In this document: positions 40,464 through 53,244 of the stretch, piece by piece
How the letters are laid out: every line of letters starts with the position of its first letter
Position numbering within the stretch: position 1 is the stretch's first letter
From: Octopus sinensis
Lineage: Eukaryota
NCBI RefSeq assembly: GCF_006345805.1
Contig: NC_042999.1
Span: 119,350,001-119,414,000 of the forward strand
Direction of reading: 5' to 3'
DNA length: 64,000 bases
The notes under the pieces: model-generated
The model's database searches: none
The model's input: the letters and a program-made list of their open reading frames with translations, nothing else
Told to the model about the DNA's origin: nothing
Translations under genes and position numbers: made by a program

Positions 40464-40939
40464 GTAAAAGCGGAGGGAGACCAGATCCATTGATTCATTA
40501 CACCACCAAAATATATCAAAGGGAATTAACTCTTGCTGTTTATTAGCGCTTAGCTCTAATACCTCATTAACGAAGTTATTATTCTAGAGAAAATTGTTAT
40601 TTATTTATTATTTATTATTATTTTATCTTGCTATTGGATGATATTCATGTTTGCTTCAATATCTTTTTTGAACTGAGATTGTTTTATTATATTTTTAATT
40701 ATCTATGTTTGTTATAGTGAAATTTATGATAGGCTATTATTTTAATTTTTTGGAAATTTTTTTTTCACTTCCTTTGAAAAGAATTGTAATTTAGAATATA
40801 AAAAAAATTAAGGTAAATTGGTAGAGAAAAAAAAAGAAAGAAAGCAATCATCTTTATTGGATAATGAAATTTTTAATATTTTTGGTAGGCGGTATTTGAT
40901 TTATTTATATTTTTTACTTGATATTCTATTTTATTTTTA

Positions 40940-41190
40940 TACAACCCACAAAGTTTACAACTGCTTGGCCTCTCAAACACTGATCAACTATCCTAGCAAT
41001 CTCATATCCACAACATATCAAACACTTCATCTCAAAGACTAGTCTTCATCAACAGGAACAGGAAACATTTCAGTTAGCGCCAGTTAATAACTCCCTACTA
41101 AATGCAAGTGCTTCTCACATTAAAATATTACTCCCATATGTGGGACACCAGTACTGCTGTCATAAACAGGTAAGAGCCGAAACTGGACCA
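40940..41190 (+). mobile_element. CR1/L2-like LINE C-terminal remnant
   Basis: Y*MQVLLTLKYYSHMWDTS resembles the LYKAQVRP.MEYCSHIWD motif. Confidence 0.55.
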
Positions 41191-41234
41191 AGCAAGCCAA
41201 TAGGCATGAGTCTACATTTTGTATAGAAAGGAAA

Positions 41235-41440
41235 GGGTGGCGAGCTGGCAGAATACTTCAGCAGGCAAAATACTTAGCAGTATTTTGTCTGCCACTATGT
41301 TCTGAGTTCAAATTCCGCCAAGGTCGACTTTACCTTTCATCCTTTCGGGGTCGATTAAATAAGTACCAGTTATTCACTGGAGGGCGATGTGATCGACTTA
41401 CACTCTCCCCACAAATTTCAGGTCTTGTGCCTATAATAGA
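41235..41440 (+). mobile_element. SINE family B
   Basis: gggtggcgagctggcagaa...gagttcaaattccgccaaggtcgactttacctttcatcc. Confidence 0.88.
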
Positions 41441-41854
41441 AAGTTTTGTATAGGAAGGGGACTATTTCTCTTATTAGAGGTAAATATTGGACCTCTGATG
41501 AAGAGAGGATTTGGTAGAGTGAGAAGAAACCCAGTTTGTGTGTGTGTGTGAGTGTGTGCCTATGTGCATGCATGTGTTGTATGTTTGTACATGCATATGT
41601 GTGCCCATTGATGTGTGTGTGTATGTGTGTGTGTGTGTATCCCCTTGTCATTATATCACACAACAGAATAAGCAAGTGTCACCATTGCACCAATAGTGTT
41701 CTGTGCTTCCAATCTTTAATGAAAACATGCTCAGCCATAGGAAAATATTACTTTGACATCAGAAAGGGTATAACTGACTGCAGGAAGCTTGCTTCAATAA
41801 ATTCCATCTGACCCATACAAGCATGGAAAATTGGATATTGATGACATTTATTAG

Positions 41855-42465
41855 CAACAGGAGCATTATTAGCACCAAGAGGTAATATTTACCCCCACTT
41901 AAATGGGGATGTCCTATTAGAAAAAAAATAATACTACAATAGTTACCATGGAAGAAACTCTCATATTGGCTTTTGGTACAAAAGGCAGTCTTGTTTTTAT
42001 CATTGGCAGAGAGATGAATTTCCACCATCTTCAGCACTGAGACCACTAGATCACATGATTTTGACCTTGCTTGGTTTCATCAGTGATGGACACTTGACCA
42101 CTAGAGATAGCAGTGACTCATCTCCCCACCAGCGATATACAGAAAAAGCAGTGGCAGAACAGGCATTGATATCAGGATTAGCCTGCTGTCTTGTTAAAAA
42201 ATATGCATAAGCAACAGAGGCAGTATTAATAGTGAAAGGTAATATTTATCTCCACTTAAATGTGGATGTTCTGTTTGAACAAACTATGCTGTAGTATTTG
42301 CTATGAGAAAAACTCTCATATTAGCTTTTGGTGCAGAATGCACTCTTGTTTATACTGCTAACAGGGAGGTTAATCTTCATCACCTCCAGCACCAAGACCA
42401 CCAGATCATGTGATTTCAACCTTCCTTTGTCTTGTCAGTGATGGACTCTTGACTGCTAGAGATGT
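41855..42465 (-). repeat. diverged tandem duplication (about 250-bp blocks, about 358-bp period)
   Basis: aggtaatatttaNcNccacttaaatgNggatgt...aaactctcatattNgcttttggt...tcagtgatggac..cttgac..ctagagat present twice. Confidence 0.85.
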
Positions 42466-42982
42466 TCAAACTGATAATGATGCTCATACTCAGCATCAGT
42501 TGTGTCAGTTTCACCATTTGCAAAGAGGGCTTGCAAAAATCATAGATGTGGTCCTTCTTTACCTGACTGAGGTGTATTGATTTGCTCACTGATACACAGT
42601 GGACTTGTGATTATATTTGCTGCTGTTGTTGTTCCATATATTCACAAATTTGAAAGATGGAAACAGATGATTAGATCTATTACAATACTTGCAATAATTT
42701 GATCCTTGAGATAAAATACCAGCAGTTCAGATATCTAGCCCACATACTCAGATAGGACAAGAGCAAAATATGAAATATAGCTTTTAGATGGGCACCATCT
42801 GCTAAACACTAGCCTGAACATCCAAAGCAGCGTCTGGAGTAGAACAGTTGAAGACAAGCTAAGATAAATGTATAATCCAAGAAGCAAGCATGATGAGATG
42901 CTAAAGACAAGTTTGAATGTCATTCCATCAAAACCTTATTTGCCAACTGAGGAAAAGTGGTTTAATATAAATTCTAAATAAG

Positions 42983-43415
42983 TTGGTGAGCTGGCAGAAT
43001 TGTCAGTATGCTGAGCAAATGCTTAGCGGCATTTAATTCCTCTTCCCATTCTGAGTTCAAATCCCACCAAGATAGACTTTGCCTTTCATCCCTTCAGGGT
43101 CGATAAAATTAAGTAGTTTTAAACACTGGGGTTGATGTGATTGACTTACTCTCTCCCCTGAAATTGCTGGCCTTGTGCCAAAATTTGAAATCAGTATAAA
43201 TAATAATTGTAATTGTTCCTAATTCAGGTACATGACCAGCAGTTTTGAAGGGAGGCTGTTGGTCAATCCCGCTGACTTTAGTTCTTGACTGGAACTATAT
43301 TTCATTAACACTGAGGATAGGAAAATCAAAATCGACCTTGGCTGGATTCGAACTCAGAACATAAAGAGCTGAAACAGATAAAGCAAGGCATTTTGTCAAA
43401 TGTCATGACAGTTCT
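42983..43415. mobile_element. tail-to-tail inverted pair of SINE family B copies
   Basis: + copy 42983-43195, - copy about 43215-43415 (aaatcgaccttggctggattcgaactcagaac). Confidence 0.8.
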
Positions 43416-43518
43416 GCATATCCACTACCCACGCCAAAACAAATTTTGCAAAATGTATATATATATATATATATACACACACACATACATACATACAGAT
43501 ATATATATATTTATATGT

Positions 43519-43571
<53 letters not shown>

Positions 43572-44069
43572 TATGTATGTATTTGTGATCTTGGAAATTC
43601 CCATTTCTTAGTAGAGTGACTTTCATCTGATCGATTGTTCTTGTCCAATGTTGTTGTTTAGCTCCAGGTCAACTCTGATCAAACAGACAGACTTATGATC
43701 AAAGGCTCTTCCAGTTGTGAACATCCTATCCATTTTTCAGATGTAGTGTTTCAGCATCACATTATTCAATGTTAATATTATGTATGGAATGTATATATGT
43801 GTGTGTCTGTAATTGAATCTCTGTTAATCTACAGATATTTATTTATACTTTCTGTTTAATATGGTCTTCCATTTCTTTTTCTAAGATAGTAGAATGTGAT
43901 ATTAGGGACATTTGGCTGATGTTTCTAGAAGGTCAAATGACTACATAGAGGCTTCTTCATTAATTCATAGTTCATGCATTAGAGGATGCAGGTGACAGGA
44001 AATAAAAAAAGTAAATGCAGAAACATTATGCCATTTGAGATGAGCTGCCACATTCATTATCGTTAACTC

Positions 44070-44321
44070 ATTCATCATCATCATCATCGTCGTCGTCGTC
44101 ACCATCATCATCAGTGGCATTACTGGTGTCATCACCACCATCCTCTTCTTCCGCCTCAATATGATCTTTTCATCTCCTCTTACTCCTCCCCTTTCCTCCT
44201 CCTCCTCCTCCTTCTTATCACCATCATCATCATCACCACCATCATCACCATCACCATCACCATCACCATCATCATCATCATCACTATGACCATTATCATC
44301 ACCACCACCACCACCACCACG

Positions 44322-44352
<31 letters not shown>

Positions 44353-44410
44353 CTACCACCACCACCACCACCACCACCACCATCATTATCATCATTGTCA
44401 TCATCATCAT
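44070..44410. repeat. (CAT)n/(CAC)n/(CCT)n trinucleotide tracts
   Basis: Direct reading. Confidence 0.95.
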
Positions 44411-47400
44411 GAATAACTATTCAGGTTTTGCAAAAAAAACTCAGGAAACACGATAATCTTAATTATTAAATGAATGTAGTTAAAATGTTGACTTCAGTTC
44501 CTCATTAATAGTAAAAATTCCATATTATTTGCATAACTAATTTCACATTAAAGTTTTAAAATATTGAAACTTTGTTATATTGTTAAACTGGATTTGATTT
44601 AAAAAGGAAAAAAAAAATGAACAAAAACATTAGTGGTAATATTAAGTGTTGTTTTGTGGTGCAACTTTGATTAAATAAGGTTAAAATAAAAATGGTATTA
44701 ATACTAGCTTATCCTATTCTTGATACCTTTTGCTATTAAAATCTCATATATCAATATTTATTATTTGATTCTTTCATTTTTATTTTTTCATTTAATTCTG
44801 TATCTACTCAATATAATATTTGATATTTTATGTTGTGAGCTTAGCTATTAAAACTCATAATAGCATATATCAATACTTCAATCAATATTTATTTATTTAT
44901 CACATGAAACTGTGGATAAACTGTGCTTTTCTATTCACAGTTACAAGGAACATTCAAGGGCTGATAATTGGAAGAAAAATTGTCAGTGGTTTATTGACAC
45001 TCGTGGAGAGGGTATAAATACTGTGATGTTCATGGCCTTCCTAAGGGAAAATTAAGCGAACTGGAAATTGATTCCATCTTCCCACCCCTAAACAGGAGCA
45101 ATGCATAAACTAGAGCTCTTGCAGCCATTCCAAATGTTCCGCCACTCAATCACTGAAGATCTCTTCTAGTAAATACACATCCTCAACATAACAAAGACTA
45201 TATCATGAAAACTGGATTTTTTCTTTAAAATCATAAAATACTTAAATTCCCAAAAGACACTCTGGAAACCTCTACAAAGATTCCAGTTGATAACTGCTTT
45301 TGCACCTGGTACAAATACTGCAGTTAAATTCATTGACATTGAAGACTACATCCAGCAATGACTGATTAACATGAAATCCCTCATAGAGAAGCTCCAGCTT
45401 CTAGACCCATAGTTATATTGTCTCCTCTTTTTAGTCTTTTCTATGGTTATGTAATGGCCTCTGCACTTCAGAGCTACCTGGTCTTGTTCTTTCTCCATTC
45501 AGGTACTTTCAACTCATTCATTCCTCCTTCTCTTGTTAATCATGTTGTGTCAAACTAACGACTTGCTACATTCAACACAAACTACTGCATCCGATTCCTT
45601 CTCCACAACATGTGGCTTACTAGAACACTCTCTGTACATGTCCTTTTTGCATTCACAGTGATACTAATTCTTCATGTCTGATGATTGTGAGGAAGAGTGC
45701 AATGCCCCTAAATGCCTACATAAACTGAGCTTTGATACTGCAGGACATTTCTTTCCTGTCTACCCTTAGTGGGTTTTAGAGTAACAGTCAGTCTGCACAA
45801 TCCAATCTCACTTTTTTGTATTGGAGGTCTGACCACAGTGGTTCAGTAGGCTAAGACAGCAGTTGTGACCAGCAGGCTGTAGTGGCCTTCTCCTAGGTGA
45901 GTTGCCTTGCAGGACTGTAGAGCTCCACCTAACTTAGAATTGCTAAAAGGGTATCACAGAAGACATTAGACTGGCTGTGGGATCCCATAACTTGATTTGC
46001 TGTTGAGATTGACTCCCTTAACCATTACCTTTCCCAAGACACTCACAAATCAGTGAGGGTTTGTGCTTGAAGTTTCTTTTACAACGTGCTAATTAACCCA
46101 TAGCTGGGACCTGGACAGGTGCTACTATTATGGATCAGAGTAACCCTGGGAACAGTAGCAGATAAGAGGTGGTTCCACACTCTTCAAAACCTGGAACTCT
46201 CAAACCAGATGCCCACTATTGGATGCACTTTAAAGTCATAATCAGGATTAACAGTAGTATGATGGAAAAAGGTATAAATTATAGATCTTTTTGTTAGATG
46301 CATTAAGAAGAATTTTTCTGCAAACTTTATGCATTAGCAATGATTTCTTATGAACTTGCCGGATAGATGGATATGGAATGTGTGAAATCAATTAAATCAA
46401 GCATAGTTCATGGCAGGTAATTAATCTATTGGCCCCAAAGGGTTGAAGGTATAAAGAATAGCATGAGGGATTTGAACACAGAATGTAGTGGAACAGAAAT
46501 AAATAATAAAAATTAATTAGTCTAGCATGGTAATGTATTTCTTACTTCACTGCTTTTTCCATGTTTCTGTTATAATAAATTCTAACAATGGCAAAAAGCA
46601 TCATACATGCTATTGCAGGAGGAGGGGAAGTTTAATTGATGGCATACAACCCAATGTATTATTTGTACATATTTTATATCAATACTGTAGAGATAACTGG
46701 CATAGATGAACCCAATGGAATTTAAACTCAGAACATAAACTATACAAGTAAATATGACAAAGCATTTAGTATGACACATCTATCTTCTCTCTCTTTCTCT
46801 CTCTCTCACTTTCACTCTCTCTCTCTTTCGCCTTCCCTCTTACTCACTCACTTACTGTCTACTTCATGCTGTAATTAATAACCTTACACATGATGAGATG
46901 AAAATTAATTATTAAAAATGTTATATTTCTTATAATTAAGCTATATATTGATTTGCACATGTATATATGTGTAAGGTCAATGATTCTGAAATATTGCCAC
47001 CTATATTAATTTCTGTTAATACTTTATACAGAATAATGGAATAGCAAAAAGAGCAGAACACCAAACCTAATTACTTACATTTAATTTCCTTACTTTGTGT
47101 TCCAGGTTCCAGTGCCATTTAGGTGACATTCCATTTCATTCCTCTTGTTGGTTCAAGTTACTATGCATTATGTCTATACTTTGAATCATAAATCAATGAG
47201 GGAGTCTCTATGTGGTTTTTTGCCTTGCTAGAAATACTAATCAAATATTTTTCGGATCAGCTTCCTCTCACCTTAAAAAAAAAATGGTAACATGTTAGAT
47301 AATGTAGTCCTACATGTTCCTGAAAAGAGGGGATGTTCATAGCTGGAATATCTTTCACTATATGTCTAGTTGATCTAATCTTACCTTGGGCTAAACAATT

Positions 47401-47529
47401 ACATGTTAAATCAGTTGTTTGTATGCCACACTTAAGAATGTGTGATATCATTCTATGTTTTAGGCTTATATAAATAAGTATACTTGTAGGCATTGTATGT
47501 ATGTATATATATATATAAATGTGTGTGTG

Positions 47530-47880
47530 TATTGGTGGGAATGGCAGCACTACTTGTGTTTGCAGTTGGTTCATCAGAGGCCTCCATGACACTAAACCTT
47601 GATATAGCTCAGAATGCCAATACACTCAGACTGGCCATCTTTGCACTCTCCTGTCCCCCCAAAAAACCACTTTTTCTACCTCTTTCTATTTCTGGTCACT
47701 TCAGCAATGTGACTGCCCACAAGCTATGGTTGATCTTTTTTCTTTCTTTGGACTTTTCCTTTCTCCTTTCTGAAGAAGAGCTATGCTTGAAACGTTAAAA
47801 ATTCCTGAGCGTCTACCTAATACATTCTTTGTGCACGTTCTCATCTATTATTGTTAATTTTATTCTTCATTTATTTGAAT
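47530..47880 (+). mobile_element. Penelope-type terminal (pLTR-like) fragment
   Basis: Pyrimidine-rich tract followed by ctgaagaagagctatgcttgaaacgttaaaa..ttcctgagcgtc..ctaatacattct; homologous to 31380-31525. Confidence 0.6.
47766..47800 (+). ncRNA. minimal type-I hammerhead ribozyme-like motif
   Basis: cttt-CUGAAGA-a-GAGC uau GCUU-GAAA-CGUU-aaaa: both conserved core boxes, 4-bp stem II, palindromic ACGU stem III region, U/A stem I. Confidence 0.6.
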
Positions 47881-48959
47881 TGACTATATATATATAAATA
47901 TACCAGCAAACACACCAATCCTTTAGATGGTTTAAGTTGCTATGGTGGTATTTTTTCATAAAATAATTGAACTACTGAGAAGGTTTATGAGTAGTATGGC
48001 AATCTATGTTTCTGATTAACCTAGGAACAGAAAGCCAAATTGAAGGCTGGTTATTGTGGAGGTTGTTGCACTTTAATGATCATAGAACATATAGGTTTGC
48101 AACCGATGCAAAGTAGAGCACTGAAGTGTTTTAGGAGTAGATTATGGATAATGACTACAAAATATAGTTGTTTTATATGAAAGTGAAATATCTTTTCAGA
48201 AACAGGCATGTAAATGTACACCATATGGAAATTGAAGGAAGACGTTGAAACTCTTCCTCAGTGAGTTTATTTTATTCAATAGCAAAGGAGCTATTTTTTC
48301 AGAGAGAAGTATGTTTGGTACATTCAAAAAATGGCAATATAATACCTACTTGAAAAAGTAGAGTTAAGGGAATATATTTGCTACGCGCTTACAGTATACA
48401 ACCACTCTGAAATTGACTTCAGGTAACAAAAAATGAAGACATGAAGAGTTCGACATCAGCTCATGAATACTGCTTTGAATCTCTAGCAGTTCACAGTGAA
48501 AAAGATGTTGTGTTCAAAATATCATAATGAATGGGTACATAAGCATCCTTAAAGTTAAACAACGCATTGGTAGGTAAACAAAGGTATCAAAAAAACAAGA
48601 GAGGGAAGGAAACATCATCTTTCAAGTAACTCAGAATAGGTAAAGGTAAGCTTGCCAAATTTAAATGCAGTTTAAATATGGAGATTAGGATTGTTAGGCA
48701 TTGGATATTTACTGTGTTCAGTGCTCTTAGTCAATTTAATCACCATCGCGGGTGGACAGATGAAATAAATAAATAGACAAAATCTCTAGCCAAGTAATAA
48801 TACACAATTACAACATATATATAAATAATAAATCCCAAAAATATGAAACCACTAAAATATTTTCTCTAATGCCAATATACAACCATAGAAATTAAAAATG
48901 TATGGAAGATCCTACATACAAAAAACTATGTACATATAACAAATTAGAGAAAAACCTAT

Positions 48960-49135
48960 GTAAACCACTGTTTTTCCTGGTTTGTCCATTTACACATGAG
49001 CTCTGGCTAAAATGTTATAGCGCATGACCATCCTTGAAACATAAGTAATGTGCATATAAAGTTTGGTGAAAATCGGTTGTGAATTGTGGAAATGTATGTG
49101 TTAGTCGATATACACACACACTGTGATTTATATAT
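48960..49135 (+). mobile_element. Helentron-associated non-autonomous element (HINE/DINE-1-like) 3' block
   Basis: aatgtgcatataaagtttggtgaaaatcggttgtgaattgtgg...acacacacactgtgatttatatat resembles the DINE-1/HINE terminal block pattern (recalled, not aligned). Confidence 0.5.
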
Positions 49136-49500
49136 GCCATGGAAAGGTCAATGCTTGGTATCTGGTTGAGAGAGCACATAAGTAGCAAGATCATCAGAAA
49201 GAAGTCCCGCGTGAGAGATGTCATCGCAGAGTATACACGCAGCAAGTATAGATGGGCTGGACATGTCGCCTGGCTCACCAATAATCAGTGGACGCACGCA
49301 GTTGCCGAGTGGTACCCGCGTGAGTGGAAAAGACCACCCGGAAGTCCTCCATGACAGTGGAGTTACGATTTTAGGAGGACGATTGGGATCACGTGGATGA
49401 CAAAGGCGCAATCCAGGGAGGAGTGGACAGCGTGCTGTGACCAGCGGTGTCAAATGGACGCCTGACGGACTGGTCAGTCAAGGTGATCAAGGTGAAGGTG
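49136..49500 (+). mobile_element. 5'-truncated RTE-1-like LINE 3' end, CpG-rich
   Basis: AMERSMLGI...KYRWAGHVAWLTNNQWTHAVAEWYPREWKRPPGSPP*QW...WMTKAQSREEW; tail (TCAAGGTGA)2AGGTG; inserted in a TA run. Confidence 0.9.
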
Positions 49501-49603
49501 ATATATATACATACTGTGTAGATAGGTAGATAGATAGATAGATAGATAAATTATGTAGGTAGATTAAAGTCCAAGCTGTGTCCTTTTAAAGAACGTTTGT
49601 TTA

Positions 49604-50257
49604 TTAGAAAATTGCTATTTTTAAATCTCAGAAAGTGAGATATTCAGCAACAGTACTTTGTAGTAAAAATTGTTTACCAACGTAAAATGGCAGTCCTGGT
49701 TTATGATGAATGTTGCTGTAATTAAGCCCCAGGAGACATCATCTCCAGCTGGCTATACGATACGATCTGTGTCCTTATACTTTCAAACAAAGGAATCTAG
49801 CACCCCAACTCAGCTCAAAACAGTATCTGTGTATCATGATTTCCAGGTTATTTCCCTTCATCAGCACAGAATAATTGTTATGTAGCAAACAATCTTTACT
49901 ACAAAGTACTGTTGCTGAATATCTAACATTATGAGACTTAAAAATAGTAATTTTCTAATTTATAGATCAGTTACTAGTTGTCACTTTGAAAACTATATAT
50001 TTCAAACGAGAATTTGGCAGTACCACTTCTAGCCAAACAATTATTCTGTGCTGAGGAAGGGAAATAACCTGGAAATCACGATACATAGATATTGTTTTGA
50101 GCTGAGTGGGTGTGCTAGATTCCCTTGTTCGAAAGTATAAGGATACAGATCGTGTTGTATAGCCAGCTGGAGATGATGTCTCCAGGAGCTAAATTACAGC
50201 AACATTTGTCCTAAACCAGGGCTGCCATGTTATGCTGGCAAACAATCTTTACTACAA
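49604..50257. mobile_element. MITE-like element with about 75-bp TIRs (49604-49958) plus an adjacent inverted partial copy (50036-50257)
   Basis: 49604-49678 pairs with 49885-49958; 49679-49879 matches the reverse complement of 50036-50235. Confidence 0.85.
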
Positions 50258-50584
50258 CATTTGTTTATTCTAGTATCTCAATTCCGTATGTAGATATCAT
50301 ATTTATGAGAGGTACATGTAAGAGTTGAAAATTCAGGAAATATTGCTTGCTGAATAATTACATATCAAGACAGAAGATTGGAAAAATGTTTCATTTGCTG
50401 ATAGAAGTCACAAAATTGTACTTGCAGGATAAACATGTAAGATATCCCCTATTGGAAATTCTTTTGACAGAGAATCAAATAACTTTTAGATATGTGTGTG
50501 TGTGTTTGTGTGTGTACGGGTATATATGTGTGTATGTATTTATATGTATGTATATATATATGTGTGTGGGTGTATACAAAAATA

Positions 50585-50843
50585 CATCATCATCATCATC
50601 ATTGTTCGACCGTGGTCGAGACAATGGAATTTACCATGTTGCGCCAGACTTCACGGTCCATCATAGCATTACGGAGGTCCTGTTGCTGGATGCCTGTATC
50701 CCTGGAGATTACATCAGGGTAGGAGAGTGTACGCCCTCTGGTGTTGCGAGTAGATGGCTTCCAGAGGAGAAGAGTAGAAATTACTTCTTTTTCAGCTCTA
50801 CAACAATGTCCAGCAAACTGGACTCTCCTACCCTGGGTCATAC
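50585..50843 (-). mobile_element. RTE-clade LINE 3' end (second family), (ATG)n tail
   Basis: RRVQFAGHCCRAEKEVISTLLLWKPSTRNTRGRTLSYPDVISRDTG...DREVWRNMV*; CpGs retained. Confidence 0.87.
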
Positions 50844-50882
50844 AAAAATACATATATATATAATATACATATATAAACATAC

Positions 50883-50936
<54 letters not shown>

Positions 50937-51153
50937 TATTTGTATATTAATTCTACCATAAGGCTCATGTTAAAAAAGAATCTTAACAATTTTTGAAGTT
51001 GATCACATGGAGACGTTGGTGTTCATCTCCATTTTGGATTAAAACACACATTCTCATTGTTCGACATTTATGTGTGTGTGTATGTGTGTGTGCATGTGTG
51101 TTTATATATACATATATGTGCATATATACATACATATATATATATATGCATAT

Positions 51154-51231
<78 letters not shown>

Positions 51232-51239
51232 TATATATA

Positions 51240-51500
51240 TCTTGAAAAATCAGCTGCTACAGAATTTGGTTCTCTACTTGAGCCTGTAATTTTTTTTCCT
51301 TCGAATGTATTTTTTATCTTTATTAAATCTCTTGTGCCCCCTTGTGTGGAATACTGTTATCACATTTGAACTGCTGCCATTGCTCATGTTCTATCTCTCC
51401 TTGAATAAGTTCAAAAACAAGTTTCTAACATCATTAGTCTTGCTTTGGCAGTTAAACTTCAATCCATCTCTCATAGTCACTGGAACATTACTTCCTTATC
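51240..51500 (+). mobile_element. CR1/L2-like LINE C-terminal remnant
   Basis: [14 protein letters not shown]...LSLLE*VQKQVSNII. Confidence 0.65.
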
Positions 51501-53107
51501 CTTATCCTATGAACTCTTCCAGTACATCTTGTCCTCTCTGACATCCTTCTCTTGTACCTCCTTTTTATACTAGTCATTAAGTGATCCTCCTTACTGTTAA
51601 TTCTCTTCAGTTTACTAATTTTGACCTTTGACAAGTATTTGTTTTCTAGTTGTTTCTTTTTCATGAACATCTATTTTATGGAACTCTCTTCTTCCTTATT
51701 TCCCTGTTAAATACAATCTTAATTGTTTTGATTCTTGTGTTGAACATTTTGTGATAACTTGGAGCTGATTCTCGTTTGAAAATTGTTGTTAACTTTTCCT
51801 TTGTAACTCTCAACATACTCAGTTGTTGCTTGAGGCCTGTTTCATTGATGCCTTGCTGAAAATAACTTCTAATAAAAAATTAAAGAAATTGTAAGGCAAA
51901 TATATGAGCTTGTGTTTTACTGTGTGTTTACTAAAATACAATGCTTCTATTAATATATGTGTACACCTATGTGTGAATTATTCATGTAATAATAATCATA
52001 TAGAGATATATATTAGGAATTACAAATATATTAAAATAGGTGCCACTTAATTCCCCATTAGACATAGCTATGTCTCAATGTCAAGGAGAGATGAGTTAAA
52101 AACAAAAACGGCTGTGGATACACAACTCTTTTCCTCCAAAGTGGAAGAAAAGTCTTGCCTATCTATAGTAGGTTTTAAATACAGTTTTTGGTTATTTTAT
52201 TATTATTATTTGCTGTGAAGTGGTAACACTGTCACTTGACTAACTGCTGTCGCTGATCTGTTATTGAGCTAATGGAAAACAAACATAGAAGTTTCTATGT
52301 TCACACAAATTATGCACAATATTTCATACACAGATAAGACTAACAGTGGCTTACTAAAACAACAAGCCTTGCCACCTCTCTCCTAATTACATGAGAATTG
52401 TAGACTTTAAAAAAAAATGCTACTGAACAACTTTTCCTTTACTGATGGGACTGAGTTGGCAATTACAACATAACAATATCCAGAGAAAGTTGATATTTGG
52501 CTTAACATTGATATTTGCACATCCTGGTGGAATTTGTATGTATATCCTTACTTGAATATTATATATTACTTTTGCTCTGCTGTAGAATATTGAAGATTGT
52601 ATTACATAAAGATATATCAAACAATACGTGTGTGTATGTATATGTATGCATATATATATATATATATATATATAGATACATGTACATTCATGCACACACA
52701 CACAAATGTTCAATATGTATGCTTGGTGTTTTCTTCTATATAATGTACATGCACTTTTGGCTTTTGTTGCTATTTTTACTTGGCTTATTGCTAATTTCTA
52801 TCCCATCTTTTTATCCCTTTTTGATATGTTGCATTGTATCTGAGCATTCAACCCGCATATACTCACACACACACAACTTTGACCCTCTATAAATCCTAAA
52901 TTTATTTTTATTGGCGCAACTGTCTTTGAAGACTCATATTGCCATTGAATGCTCAAAATGAAGAGTAGATAGACTGCCCACAACTGATGAAGAGTTCTTT
53001 CACAGTGTTAACTTATCCTGTTTTCCATATTTTTTTCGTTGTTTAAGTATTTCATGTTATTTGCACCGTTGGTGACGTTCTGTACCCATATATGCATGTG
53101 TATACAT

Positions 53108-53236
<129 letters not shown>

Positions 53237-53244
53237 TATATATT

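Noticed and set aside
41000-41169. Open frame ending at a strong AG|GTAAGA donor
   Set aside because: The overlapping frame matches a CR1/L2 motif (Y*MQV..KYYSHMWD); no good acceptor
52980-53010. CTGATGA box in a Penelope-like terminus
   Set aside because: No downstream stem II or GAAA box visible, so no hammerhead call
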